A stretch of DNA of 64,000 nt, taken from assembly GCF_964213995.1 (NCBI RefSeq), contig NC_135818.1:80290001-80354000 (forward strand), written 5' to 3'. The position numbers and the translations under genes are program-made. How positions within the stretch are numbered: the first letter of the stretch is position 1; each line of letters opens with the position of its first letter. This stretch comes from Mustelus asterias. Taxonomy: Eukaryota. The notes under the pieces were generated by a model that was given only the letters and a program-made list of their open reading frames with translations, had not been told where the DNA came from and made no database searches. Shown piece after piece: positions 1-12,209 of this stretch.

Positions 1-123
1 AAGCGACAAGTTCTAAGCCAAAGATACTGAGATGAGGCTTTCACAATGTTACTTTTATATGGCATGCACTGATCCAACCACTCAAAGTGATATTTCTCAA
101 AGATTCCTCAAGTTGTTATGTAC

Positions 124-220
124 CTCTTATCCGGGGCTGCCCGGGCTAGATTGCGTTCGTTCTGTCGCTCTTTTCTCTTTGCCATTCGAATGTCATCCCG
201 CTCTCTGGTTTCATTTTCCT
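124..220 (-). CDS. SNW1: SNW1 exon 11 (97 nt); gene continues beyond the window start
   Basis: (E)ENETRERDDIRMAKRKERQNERNLARAAPDK(R); AG/GT flanks; phase fits exon 10. Confidence 0.93.
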
Positions 221-445
221 CTTTAGAAAAAAGGAACCGCGTCACATAACTTGTAAAAATAAACTGCAGGAGGTGGTTTTTTAAAAAAACAGATAGAGGC
301 TAACCATTCTGCTTGTAAATTCTGAAGATCAGACTTCTGAATTCTGGATATACTCTCATTGGTACAGAGATATAAATTAACAGAGTTAGAGAAAGTCTTC
401 AAATTAGAAATAAAACAAGGCCGATTAAGATAGCACAGGCTTGTT

Positions 446-777
446 CATAGAAACCCTACAGTGCAGAAAGAGGCCATTTGGCCCATCGAGTCTGCACTGA
501 CCACAATCCTACCCAGGCCCTACCCCATATCCCTACATATTTACCCACTAATCCCTCTAACCTATGCATCTCAGGACACTAAGGAGCAATTTTTAGCATG
601 GCCAATCAACCTAACCTGCACATCTTTGGACTGTGGGAGGAAACCGGAGCACCCGGAGGAAACCCACGCAGACACGAGGAGAATGTGCAAACTCCACAGT
701 CACCCAAGCCGGTAATTGAACCCAGGTCCCTGAGGCTGTGAAGCAGCAGTGCTAACCACTGTGCTACCGTGCCGCCC
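446..777 (-). mobile_element. HE1-type tRNA-derived SINE
   Basis: Head GGCACAGTGGTTAGCACTGCTGC...GGTTCAATT (A/B boxes) and CR1-like tail GATGGGCCAAATGGCCTC..TCTGCACTGTAGGG. Confidence 0.9.
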
Positions 778-870
778 ATGCATCATGCGGTCATTTTCGG
801 TGTCATGTCCTTAAGCATTTGTACAGAGTGCCTTATTTACAAATCAGCTAACACACCATTGCAGCCAATG

Positions 871-1206
871 GGGCGGCACGGTGGCGCAGTGGTTAGCACT
901 GCTGCCTCACAGCTCCAGGGACCCGGGTTCAATTCCAGTCTCGGGTCACTGTCTGTGCGGAGTTTGGGATATTCTCCTCATGTGTGCATGAGTTTCCTCC
1001 CACAGTCCAAAGGTGTGCGGGTCAGGTTGATTGGTCATGCTAAATTGCCCCCCCCCCCCCCCCCCCGAGTGTCTCGGGATGTGTAGGTTAGAGGGATTAG
1101 TGGGGTAAATGTGTGGGTTGTGGGGAATAGGGCCTGGGGTGGGATTATTGTCAGTGCAGACTTGATGGGCCGAATGGCCTCCTTCTGCACTGTAGGGATT
1201 CTGTGA
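871..1206 (+). mobile_element. HE1-type SINE with an internal poly-C tract
   Basis: Same head and tail as the other copies; C run at about 1047-1066. Confidence 0.9.
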
Positions 1207-1762
1207 ATTGCTATCACGATGCATTGCAGTCATGGGACGTGGGTGCAAATTGGTCATCATTACAGAACTTGATCTGAATTGCAGTGCTATTGTGGGCCAC
1301 ACTAAACAGAGGTCAGAACAGAACATTTTTGAGATGGAGAAAAAATTGGTAATGATAAATACAATCCACTGTTCTGCACATCCTGGTTTTGAAAGACAGC
1401 AGCAGCTTGGGAACAGCTTGTCCAAGTGCTCTCTTCTCCAAGGATGGCATTGGAAGAAAACTAAAATGGAGTTAATTTTATTTTTAAAGTTGCACTCACT
1501 TCCCTCCCCCGCAACCCCAAAATCATAGGTCTGTTTAAGGGTTTAAACCTTGAAAGAATATGTGGTAACCAACAATTTTGTAAGAAACTAATAGAATATG
1601 AATTTGTTACATCGAGGTTGGTTTGTCTCAGAAATGTTTTGGCATGTTCATAAACTGCTTTCAACACAAGCTACTGTACATAAAAGTAATTCAATGTGTA
1701 TGAAATAGAGGTATATTCAGGCATAATGCAAATACAGACTTTCCTTCACAAATATCTCATAC

Positions 1763-1904
1763 CTTTCTCTATGTGTGTCTTGATACCAGCTCTCCTCTCC
1801 CTGGCAATCTGAGCCAATTCTCGGAGCTTCTCTTCCTTCTTCTCTTTCTCCTTCTGAGCCATTTTCCTTTCAACCTGTGCTCGCATCTCTACAGCCTCAC
1901 GTGC
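1763..1904 (-). CDS. SNW1: SNW1 exon 10 (142 nt)
   Basis: AREAVEMRAQVERKMAQKEKEKKEEKLRELAQIAREERAGIKTHIEK; AG/GT flanks. Confidence 0.97.
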
Positions 1905-2046
1905 CTATGTGCACAACACGGGTCAGTTAGGGAGCAGAATTGCTTCTGGTGACCTCAATGAGGTCAAACATGAACAGGAGCAAACAGAAGATCACTCAGA
2001 AACCAGGCTGCACCTCGCAACGTTTCGGTAGCTCAAGAAAAATTAC

Positions 2047-2163
2047 CTTTCTGTCTGCAATGTAGAGAGCCTCTGCAAGCTTAGCAAAGTTCTCATTGAT
2101 GTGAACTGTTTGAAGCCCTCGGCCATCGGCAGCAAGACGCTTGTCCAGTGGAATTGTGTAACC
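2047..2163 (-). CDS. SNW1: SNW1 exon 9 (117 nt)
   Basis: GYTIPLDKRLAADGRGLQTVHINENFAKLAEALYIADRK (within ORF 1996..2244); AG/GT flanks. Confidence 0.98.
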
Positions 2164-2427
2164 CTGGAAAACACAACAGGCATACAATAAAGAACTGTAC
2201 AAATGTGAATCCGGCATCTCAGTCAGAAAATAGAAGGACAGCACAAAAGATTTTTTCTAAAATGAGAATTGGAAATGCAGGCACTGACAGTCTGAATTAG
2301 GAGCCCAGGAATCTTAATTTTTGACTCTCATGATATGTTAATGAGATCCTCCAAGACTGTGGGCTTTTGAGAAGAATTGAATAGTTTCTCTTGAAATTCT
2401 GCATTCCAGTTGATCAGCAGTGTAAAC

Positions 2428-2745
2428 TTAGAATCCAAAGAATCCCTACAATGCAGAAGGAGGCCATTCGGCCCATCAAGTCTGTACAAAGCACAATCCC
2501 ACCCTAGTGCTATCCCCATGCAATAACCCAGCTAGTCCCCCTAACACGAAGGAGAAATTTAGCATGGCCAATCCACCTAACCCACGCATCTTTGGGCCGT
2601 GGGAGGAAACCGGAGCACCCGGAGGAAACCCATGCAGACACAGGGAGAACGTGCAAGCTCCACACAGACAGTGACCCAAGCCGGGAATTGAACCCGGGTC
2701 CCTGGCACCGTGAGGCAGCAGTGCTAACCACTGTGCCACCGTGCT
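2428..2745 (-). mobile_element. HE1-type SINE
   Basis: Full head, body and tail match the other copies. Confidence 0.9.
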
Positions 2746-3644
2746 GTCCTCTTCACTAAGAGTTAAGCCTCTTGGCCTATTGAAAAAAAAATACTACTCT
2801 CAGAATCATAGAATCCCTAGAGTGCAGAAGGAGACCATTTGGCCCATCAAGTCTGCACCGACAACAATCCCACTCAGGCCCAACCAAATTGTTAAGTGAC
2901 ACTTGAAGAAACACAAAACTGAGTTGATTGTATTTTTACAGTTGCGTCCAAATGTACCAGATAATGCTGAGAATGATGATAAAATATTGGAATACAAGTG
3001 TTGCACATACAGCTTGCAGGAAATAGCTTCTGTTCGCTGAATGATAAAACTCGTCAAAATATTAGAGTTTGCGAATAATTCAATTTTTTTTGATAATTAA
3101 GGGTCAATTATTGAAGCCCTGGTTCAATATTTCAATGAATTGTTATGCCCAACTTCCTTTGCATGAGATCACATTTCAGCAGATTCAGGAGCATTCATGC
3201 AATACTATTTGAACATAATAACAAGAATGCACTCCCAGGGGCATATTCAGTTGAGAAATGCATCAAATTTTCAGAGCTTACAAACCACCAGCCCCTTCCG
3301 ACAAATTTCCTGAGGTAAGCAGATATGCCAAGGTTCGGATTTCCACGGACAGTGGTGGAGTTCCACTTCTCGCTAATTGAGTCGGGTCATCCAACTGTGC
3401 GTCTCACGCGCAGCGTTCTGCTGAGATCAGCCTAAACCAGAGGCGGTGGATTGCTAAGCTCAGGGAGAGATCGGCTCAGATGAAGTGAGAAATTGAAGGA
3501 AACAGAGACGGCCGTGACTGCTGCAAGGAAGTAAGCGGTCACATGGCCCGAGAAGCACTATCACCTTTCAAACAGGACTCCTACTTTTCCACCCTCTTAA
3601 AAGCCAGTCATCAGTTTTATGAATCATTCCAAGGATAAATAAAC

Positions 3645-3928
3645 GAGGGGACACAATTTAAAAGTGAGGGCTGGGAGGTTTAGGGGGGGATTTGAGGAAA
3701 AACCTTTTTACTCAGAGGGTGGTGACGGTCTGGAATGCACTGCCTGGAGGGTGGTGGTGATGGGATGCCTCACATCCTTTAAAAGTACCTGGATTAGTAC
3801 TTGGCACGCCATAATATTCAAGGCTATGGGCCAAGTGGGATTAGGTGGGCAGGTCAGGGCATTTCATGCGTTGGCGCAGACTCGATGGGCCGAAGGGCCT
3901 CTTCTGCACTGTGGTATTCCGTAATTCT
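3645..3928 (+). mobile_element. CR1 LINE 3' fragment
   Basis: RGHNLKV...FTQRVV-like C-terminus; 3' tail shared with the HE1-type SINEs. Confidence 0.8.
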
Positions 3929-4096
3929 GTCATGCACTTTGCCAGATTATTCGCCAGTTCAGTTTGTAGAACACCAACTGCGTAAATTTTATCCAAACTT
4001 GAAGCCAATTGCAGAAAAGTCTCTCCAAGTGCAAGCTTCAATTGTCATCACCAGTGTTTAACATCCTGAACACATCCTCAGGAGATACATATTGAA

Positions 4097-4230
4097 ATAA
4101 ATGCAAAATACTGCAGATGCTGGAATCTGAAACAAAAACAGAAAAACGCTGGAAAATCTCAGCAGGTCTGACAGCATGGGTGGAGAATAGAGCCAACGTT
4201 TCGAGTCCAGATGACCCTTCGTCAGAGCTC
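4097..4230 (-). mobile_element. Penelope-like terminal fragment with a minimal hammerhead ribozyme core
   Basis: Minus strand GAGCT-CTGACGA-AGGGTCATCTGGACTC-GAAA-CGTT-GGCTC; related to 39312-39540 and 29765-29850. Confidence 0.75.
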
Positions 4231-4497
4231 AAATTCATATTAAAATGAAGCTTTTAAGTTAACCGTCTAAATCTTCATCAATAATCATATTACTTGCAGC
4301 ACACAACATTGTTTTGCATTGAACTAAATCAGGAGATTTTTATTTTACTAAACTAATAATACAGCCTGAATTATTTTAAATGATTATCTGGATTATTGGT
4401 GCTGGTAAAGTGAACATTTTATTATAATTAAACTGATGGCTACACTATAGATTTAAAAAAAAAATTGACTGCAAAAAAAAAAGGTCCAAGTCTTTAC

Positions 4498-4563
4498 CTT
4501 TGCGTTCTTCCAGTTTGATATGCATGGAGGAATCTTCCACTCTTGCTGCTCTTTCACAGTCAT
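4498..4563 (-). CDS. SNW1: SNW1 exon 8 (66 nt), carries the SNW signature
   Basis: MTVKEQQEWKIPPCISNWKNAK (SNWKN motif); AG/GT flanks. Confidence 0.98.
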
Positions 4564-4749
4564 CTGCAACAAAGATATTGAAAAAGCTGCATTAAAGGAA
4601 TCCAACAAGCATAAACAAGGAGGTCTCATAGCACAGCCGACATGGAAAAATAAATACTATTGTGGCAGTTTTCTTAAAGGTTTCACAATTCAGGTCCGAA
4701 CAAACCAGCATGCATTTGAGGATGACTTCAAATGCTTTATGAGAATTAC

Positions 4750-5380
4750 TTTGATTTGATTTATTATTGTCACATGTATTAGCATACAGTGAAAAGTGCT
4801 GTTTCTTGTGCACAATGCAAAGCATACCGTTCATCGAGAAGGAAAGGAAAGAGTGAAGAATGTAGTGTTACAGTCATAGCTAGGGTGTAGAGAAAGATCA
4901 ACTTAATGCAAGGTAGGTCCGTTCAAAAGTCTGATGGCAGCATGGAAGAAGCTGTTCTCGAGTCAGTTGGTACATGACCTCAGACTTTTGTATTTTTTTC
5001 CCCGACGGAAAAAGGTGGAAGAGAGAATGTAAGGGGTGTGTGGGGTCCTTAATTATGCTGGCAGCTGGAAGTGTAGACAGAGTCAATGGATGGGAGGCTG
5101 ATCTGCATGATGGATTGGGCTACATTCGCAACCTTTTGTAGTTCCTTGCGGTCTTGGGCAGAGCAGGAGCCATACCAGGCTGTGATACAACCAGAAAGAA
5201 TGCTTTCTATGGTGCATCTGTAAAAGTTGGAGAGAGTTGTAGCGGACATGCCAAATTTCCTTAGTCTTCTGAGAAAGTAGAAGCGTTGGTGGGCTTTCTT
5301 AACTATAGTGTTGGCATGGAGGGGGGGGGCAGGACAGGTTGTTGGTGATCTGGACACCTAAAAACTTGAACCACTCGACC
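4750..5380 (-). mobile_element. Rex1/Babar-like LINE 3' fragment
   Basis: KKAHQRFYFLRRLRKFGMSATTLSNFYRCTIESILSGCITAWYGSC; tail ending in (ATCAA)n; same family at 25610-26385, 35522-36045, 52020-52460 and 61665-61850. Confidence 0.8.
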
Positions 5381-6052
5381 TTTTGAACTGTAATCACTTG
5401 AAAACTATGTAGGCACGTGTGTGAATAAATCTCCAAGTGCTTGCTTTGGCTTGGGTGAGGGACTTTAGAACAGCAGGAAAAATCCGATCTATTTGCATAG
5501 TTCCAGGTGATTCTTTATTCCGTGTAGGCTGATGCTGCCAGCGTGGTTTCATCCAAGTCATCGCCGCACCGAAGTGTCAACCTAGAACATACGCTTCTTG
5601 ATCAGGCTCAGTATTTTGGGATTAGGATGACAAAAAAAAGTTAATTGCACCCAACTTCAGAATTTTTCAGCACTGATGATCATTTGACCCATTGTGCTTC
5701 TCTGAAAAGCTATCCATTTAGCCCTCTCTTTCTGTACTTTTGAAACTTTTCCTTTTTCAAATTTGATCCACATACCGATTTTGGAATTTGCTTTCATCAC
5801 TGTTTTTGGAAGGACATTGTGTTCCAAGGACAGCTCTGTGTTTAAAATAAAAATGAACTCCCAACCTGTTTCTTTCGTCTTTTGATGATCTTGCAGCAAT
5901 GTAGTCTGGCTGCCAGCTCATCAATTATTACACAGCAACTCTTGTTCTAAGTGTATTTGTGAATGGGTGGCAGCTGTGGTAATCAAAATAGCCCACGCAT
6001 ACTCTCCAGATAACAAGTGGACAATGGCCAAGGTGTAGAGGACACAGGGAAT

Positions 6053-7910
6053 TTAAAAAAAGGCATTCATTTGTGGGATGTGGGTGTCACTGGCGAGGCC
6101 AGCATTTATTGCCCATCCTGAATTACCCTCGCGAAGGTGGTGGTGAGCTGTCTTCTTGAACCACTGCAGACCCTGTGGTGTAGGTACACCCAGTGCTGTT
6201 AGGGAGGGAGTCCAAGGATTTTGACCCAGCGACGAGAAGGAATGGCGATATATTTCCAGGTCAGGATGGCGAGTGACGTGGAGGGGAATTTCCAGGTGAC
6301 GTTGTTCCCACAAATCTGCTGCCCTTGTCCTTATAGATGGTGGTGGTCGTGGGTCTGGAAGGTGGTGCCTAAGAAGCTTTGGTGAGTTTATGCATCTTGT
6401 AAATGATACAGACGGCTGTGACTGTGCACTCGTGATGGAGGGATTGGATGTTTGTGCAGGGGATGCCAATCAAGTAGGCTGCTTTGTCCTGGATGATGTT
6501 GAGCTTCTTGAGTGTTGATGGAACTGCGCTCATCTAGGCAAGTGGAGAGTATTCCATCACACTCCTGACTTGTGCCTTGTAGATGGTGGGCAGGCTTTGG
6601 GGAATCAGGGAAGTGGGTTACTTACCACAGGAATCCTAGCCTTAACCTGCTCCTGTAGCCACAGCATTTATATGGCTGGCTTAGTTCAGTTTCTGGTCAA
6701 TTAGGATGATGATGGTAGGGATTTAGCTATGGTAATACCACAATGTCAAGGAGTGATGGTTAGATTCTCTCTTATTGGAGAAGGTCATTGCCAGGCATTG
6801 CGTAATGCGCATTTTACTTACCATTTATCAGTCCAAGCTGGATACTCCCCAGGTCTTGCTGAATTTGGACATGAATTGCTTCCGGTTTGATTCTAACCAG
6901 CAGAGGATTTTGCCCTTGATTCCAATTTTGCTAGGGCTTCTTGGTGCCACATTTGGTCAAATGCTGGCTTGATGTCAAGGGCAATCACTTTCACCCTACC
7001 TCTGAAATTCAGCTCTTTTGTCCATGTTTGAACCAAGGCTGTAATGAGGTCAGGAGCTGATTGATACCCAAACTGGGCGTCAGTAAGCAGGTTATTGCTA
7101 AGCAAGTGTCACCTAACAACACTGTTGTTGACCCCTTCCATCAAGAGTAGACTGATGGGGTGGTAATTGGAAAAGTTGGATTTATCCTGTTTCTTGTGCA
7201 CAGGCCATACCTAAGCAAAGTTACACAATACCAGTGTTATAGCTGCACTGGAATAGCTTGGCTCGGAGCCCGGCAAATTGGAGCAGAAGCCTCCAGTACT
7301 ATTGCCATAATGCTGTCAGAATCCATAGCCTTCGCAGTATCCAGTGCCTTCAGCAATTTCTTGATATCATGTGAAGTGAACCAAATTGGCTGAAGACAGG
7401 CGACGGTGATGCTGGAGATCTCCAGAGGAGGCAGAGATGGATCATCCACTTGGCACTTCTGCCTAAAAACGGTTGTGAATGTTTCAGCCTTATCTTTTGC
7501 AGTGATGTGCTCGACTCCTCCAGAGGGCTGCCTAATTGTCCACCACCATTCACGGGTGGATGTGGCAGGACTTCAGAGCGTAGATCTGAGTGTTGGTTGT
7601 GGAATCACATAGCTGTGTCTATCACCTGCTGTCTATGCTGTGTGGCATGGACGTTTTGTAGGCTGACAACCCATTTTTAGGTATGCCTGGTATTGCTCCC
7701 GACATGCCCTCCTGCATTCTTCATTGAACCAGGGTTGATCTCCTGGTTTGGTGGTAATGGTAGAGTCGGGGATATGCCACGAGTTTGCAGACTGTGAAGA
7801 GTATAATTCAGCTGTTGATGGTCCACAACACCTCATGGATGCCCAGTCTTGAGTTGCTAGGTCTGTTCAATGTCTATCCCATAGGGCACAGTGATAGTGC
7901 CACACAACAC
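6053..7910 (-). mobile_element. Degenerate non-LTR retrotransposon (CR1/L2 group) with RT fragments
   Basis: LLTDAQFG..SAPDLITALVQTWTKEL..VIALDIKPAFDQMWH; KPGDQPWFNEECRRA. Confidence 0.8.
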
Positions 7911-8584
7911 AATGGAGACTCCTATCCATACTGTCACTGCAATCCCTGTTTTTGTGATTCAAAGAGGGAGAAAAACTATTCGAAAAGCAAATTAAAAAAC
8001 TGATAATGCAGAGGCAGGCAAATATCCAGGGGTTCAAAGGATCTTCATTAACCTTAGTTAACATTTGAAACCAATATGCCTTAGAATGCATAACAATATT
8101 TGTTTCTGGGTCTATTTTTAGGCATGTTTGATTCTCCCATTGATGATGTCTTTAATGCAGGTTGTCCAATAAATCAAATGTTTCCCTTTGCTGCTGAGTG
8201 ATTGCACCGTACAGGTATTTTATTTCTCCATTGAAAGTTACAGGGCTGTGTGGGTTGTTAGCAATTTGCTGCTCTGATCCATCACTCCCCATTACTTAGT
8301 TTTTCTGACAAACCTCACCACGCTGCCAAGAGATAACGCAGCAAGTTTTAATCCATCTGCAGTAATCAAGTTTGAACGGTACCAAAGCTATAATTCTGTC
8401 GAGAAGATTTAATTCATTATTTCTGGACCTACAAGTTACTACTCAATCAGGTTTTGAGGAAGAAATCACTATACAGCCAGACTGCTGCTGTGTTATCGAA
8501 GACAGTACAAGTACATTAGAAAAATACTCCAGTAAAGTCTTCTGTGAAATACTGGCAAGTAATATTAGTTGATTGCTCCCTTAC

Positions 8585-8654
8585 CTTTCTGCTCGGTGAG
8601 TGCATGACAGGCGCAGGAGGAGATGGGGGACCCCGAGGAATCTTCTTATTAATC
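8585..8654 (-). CDS. SNW1: SNW1 exon 7 (70 nt)
   Basis: INKKIPRGPPSPPAPVMHSPSRK; AG/GT flanks. Confidence 0.97.
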
Positions 8655-9003
8655 CTAAATGCAAAGATGACAGAACAGGACTGGTCATAATGAACACGCT
8701 AAGAAGTAACAGCAGAGTTAGAAACACATGTAGGTTTCTGATCCAAATCCAGCTTCAGTACTGGAAGGTAGTGCACTATAATTAGTGGAAGTGGAACTGC
8801 CAAACTGTCAAATTGTCCAATGTCATGGTCTGATCACATTCAAGTTTCACACAGGGACCTTTGAAAGTCATACGCACCTTCGGATTTCATGATATTTTGA
8901 AGCTTTACGCCTGGCTGTTTGGAAATAGCACTACTATTGTGAATCACCGTCAAAAAATAAAATTCTACTGCTGAAAGATCTGCACACCATGGTATGTACT
9001 TAC

Positions 9004-9108
9004 TTAAACCGGGGTGGTTCCATTGGGTCCTTTTGCATTTCCACCATCCTAATAACTCTCTGTTTAGCTCCCGAATTGAAAGCAACACCTTGTTGAGAAG
9101 GAGTGTAT
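9004..9108 (-). CDS. SNW1: SNW1 exon 6 (105 nt)
   Basis: YTPSQQGVAFNSGAKQRVIRMVEMQKDPMEPPRF(K); donor gtaagt. Confidence 0.98.
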
Positions 9109-9199
9109 CTGAGAACAAGGAAAAAGAAAAAAATGTTTAACGTGCTGACATGGTTAATTTTTACATACCATAATTAATTCTTAAAAATTAGACTTCGGC

Positions 9200-9750
9200 A
9201 ATAGCTTTTCTTGACTGTTCCAGCACCGTCATTCCTGGTGCCTCCAAGGATTGATCACTGGCACCCTCATGGTTATCTGCATGCTGCCTCTTGGTGAGAT
9301 CATTCGCATATACAACATCTGGTTCCATATGTAAATTGGTGACACCAAGCTCTACCTCGCCACTGCCTCTTTCAACCCCTCACTGTCACTGATATGGCAT
9401 ACCACTTGTGATATCCAGTCATGGAATAGGAAAACTGAAGCCATTATATTTGGTCTCTTGTCACATCGTTCCCCAGTCAGGCTGTTTGAGCCCGAACCAG
9501 ACCATTTGCAACTTGGATGTCATAGTTGACTGAGTTGAGCCTGTTACCTCTAGGTTTGACCGTTCCAATGTCCTTTTGGTCAGCATCTTCCACCCTACAT
9601 AAACTTAAGCTAATTCAAAACTCTGCCTCTTGTCCTCCAACTCAGACCAACACCTGTTCACCCATCACACTTGTGCTCACTGACCTGCATTGACACCTGA
9701 TCCGGCAAGCTCCTAACTCATCCCTGCCCCTTCTGTAACCTCCTGCAGTT
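9200..9750 (+). mobile_element. Old L2-like LINE fragment
   Basis: Degenerate GVPQGS..GP and GDTKLYL-like motifs; HITLVL.DLH-like segment. Confidence 0.55.
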
Positions 9751-10035
9751 TGCTCCACCATTGAATATCATGGCTGATCTTCTACCCCAACCCCATTTTC
9801 TCACCCACTCTCCATATTCATTGATGAGAAACCAAAAATCTGTCTATTTCAGGCTTAAATGTTGTTAATGATGGAGCGTCCACAGACCCCTGGGACAGAG
9901 AATTCCAAAGATTCACAACTCTTTGCACAAATAATTTTTCTCCTTATCTCAGTCCTAAACGATTGGCCCTTTGTCTTTAGGCTGTGCCATGTCTTGATTC
10001 CCCAGCCAGTGGAAACAAGGGCCCTGATTTTACTG

Positions 10036-10235
10036 ATGTGGAGATGCCGGCGTTGGACTGGGGTAAACACAGTAAGAAGTTTAACAACACCAGGTTAAAG
10101 TCCAACAGGTTTATTTGGTAGCAAAAGCCACACAAGCTTTCGGAGCTCCAAGGGGCTTAGAGCTCCGAAAGCTTGTGTGGCTTTTGCTACCAAATAAACC
10201 TGTTGGACTTTAACCTGGTGTTGTTAAACTTCTTA
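10036..10235. mobile_element. Palindromic Penelope-like mini element with a 14-bp TSD, inside a MITE-like element (about 10020-10340)
   Basis: About 77-bp perfect inverted arms (10072-10148 / 10160-10236); CCCTGATTTTACTG at 10022-10035 and 10236-10249. Confidence 0.85.
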
Positions 10236-10339
10236 CCCTGATTTTACTGGCAGGGCCGCCTGAGGCTCGTAAGGTCGCACCCGAGGCCGATGGGGAATGT
10301 CGTTCTGCGAGCCTCGCTCACCCCGATTTCGGGGCGGCC

Positions 10340-12200
10340 ATGGCAGTAAATTCAGAGCCAATGTCTCAGTAGCTACCTTGTCATGCCCTTCAGAATCTTA
10401 CACGTTTCAATATCACCTCTCATTCCTCTAAACTGCAGCGAATATAATTTACTCAGCCTCTCATCATAGGACAACCCTCTCATTCTAAGAATCAATCTAG
10501 TGAACCTTTGCTGTACCATCTCCAAGACAATTATATCATAGAAATCATCATAGAAACCCTACAGTGCAGAAGGAGGCCATTCGGCCCATCGAGTCTGCCC
10601 CGACCACAATCCCACCCAGGCCCTACCCCCATATCCCTACATATTTTACCCGCTAATCCCTCTAATCTACGCATCCCAGGACACTAAGGGGCAATTTTAG
10701 CACGGCCAACCAACCTAACTTTGGGACTGTGGGAGGAAACCGGAGCACCCGGAGGAAACCCACGCAGACACGAGGAGAATGTGCAAACTCCACACAGACA
10801 GTGACCCATGCCGGGAATCGAACCCAGGTCCCTGGAGCTGTGAAGCAGCAGTGCTAACCACTGTGCTACCGTGCCGCCCTTAAATATCTCCACTACTAGT
10901 TCCTCCTCAAAAAAAATATATTAATAAGTTTGTCACGTATGATTTTCCTTTTGTAAAAGCAGGTTGACTTTGTCTGATCAGACCATGATTTTCTAAGTGC
11001 ATTATTAAGACTTCCTTAATAAGATTCCAGCAATTTTCCCAATAACTGGTGTCAGTCTAACTGGCCTGAAGTTCGCAGTTTTCTCTTTCCCTCCTTTCTT
11101 GAATGATGGCGTTACATTTGCCAGCTAGGACCTGTTCTAGAATGTAGGGACTTTAGAAAATTATAACAAGTACATCTATTTTTTTCTGTAGTTACCCCTT
11201 TTACAACCTTAGGATGTGGGACATGTGGTCCTGGGATTTGTCAGATTTTAATCTCTTAGGTTTCTCCAATACATTTTCTCTGCTGATGCTAATTATGTCA
11301 AGTTCCTCATGCTTATTAGCTCTCAGGGTGTACTCTAGTTCCAGTATGTAATTTGTCTTCTACTGTGAAGCCAATCACAAAATGTCTCTGCTATTTCTTC
11401 AATCACCCTGATAATTTATCTGGTCTCTGCCTGTAGGGACCACTGTTTACTTGAGCTACTCTCTTTTAAAATACTTGTGAACGCCCTGACAATCTTTATA
11501 TTTCTGACCAGTTTACTCTAATTTTTCCCCTATCAACAGCTTTTTTGTTGCCATTTGCTGCTGTCTAAAACATTACCGATCCTCAGGCTTACTTCCATTC
11601 TTTCCCACATTATAAGCCTCTTTTTTTAATCTAATACTATCCTTAAGCTCTTTAGTAAGCTGCAGGTAGATCTTTCTTCCAGAGTTTTCAATGGAATGTA
11701 TTCTTGTTGAACATTTTGAATTTTTTTTTTAAACCACTGTTTATTTATTGCATGCCGGTTAGTTATTTCAATCAACCGTAGCCATTTTGCTCCTCATATC
11801 TATGTAATTGGCTTTGTTTAAGACTCTTGTGAGAGACTGGAGTACGCCACTTTCAAACTTAAAATAGAATTCAGCATATTATCAGTTTTTCCCAGAGGAT
11901 CTTTCACTATGAGATTGTTAATTAACCCTGCCTCACTGCACAATACGAGATGTAAGATAGCTTTTTCCCTAGTTGGTTCCAGAAGGTATTGTTCCAGGAA
12001 ACTGTCACAAAAACATTCTACAAACTCATCTTCCAGACCACCTTTGCCAATTTGATTGATCCAGTCTTTATGAAAATTAAAGACCGTCACAATTATTGCA
12101 AGCTCCAATTATTCTTTGCTTAATGTTCTGTCCAACTGTTTAATGACTGTTAGGGGGCTTATAAGCTACTCCCAGTAGCACCAGGGGTTTTCTGACCCTT
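10340..12200 (-). mobile_element. Old CR1 LINE interrupted by an HE1-type SINE (10537-10879)
   Basis: CFCDSFLEQYLLEPTREKAILHLVLCSEAGLINNLIVKDPLGK (APE endonuclease end); degenerate RT. Confidence 0.75.
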
Positions 12201-12209
12201 GTCCATTCC

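Noticed and set aside
871-945. tRNA-like A/B box sequences, also in the other SINE heads
   Set aside because: They are SINE heads continuing into SINE bodies; no complete cloverleaf, so not called tRNA genes
3300-3560. Locally CpG-richer intronic patch (also about 13980-14280) considered as snoRNA or other ncRNA
   Set aside because: No convincing C/D or H/ACA box arrangement with terminal stems on the SNW1 strand; unsupported without a covariance-model search
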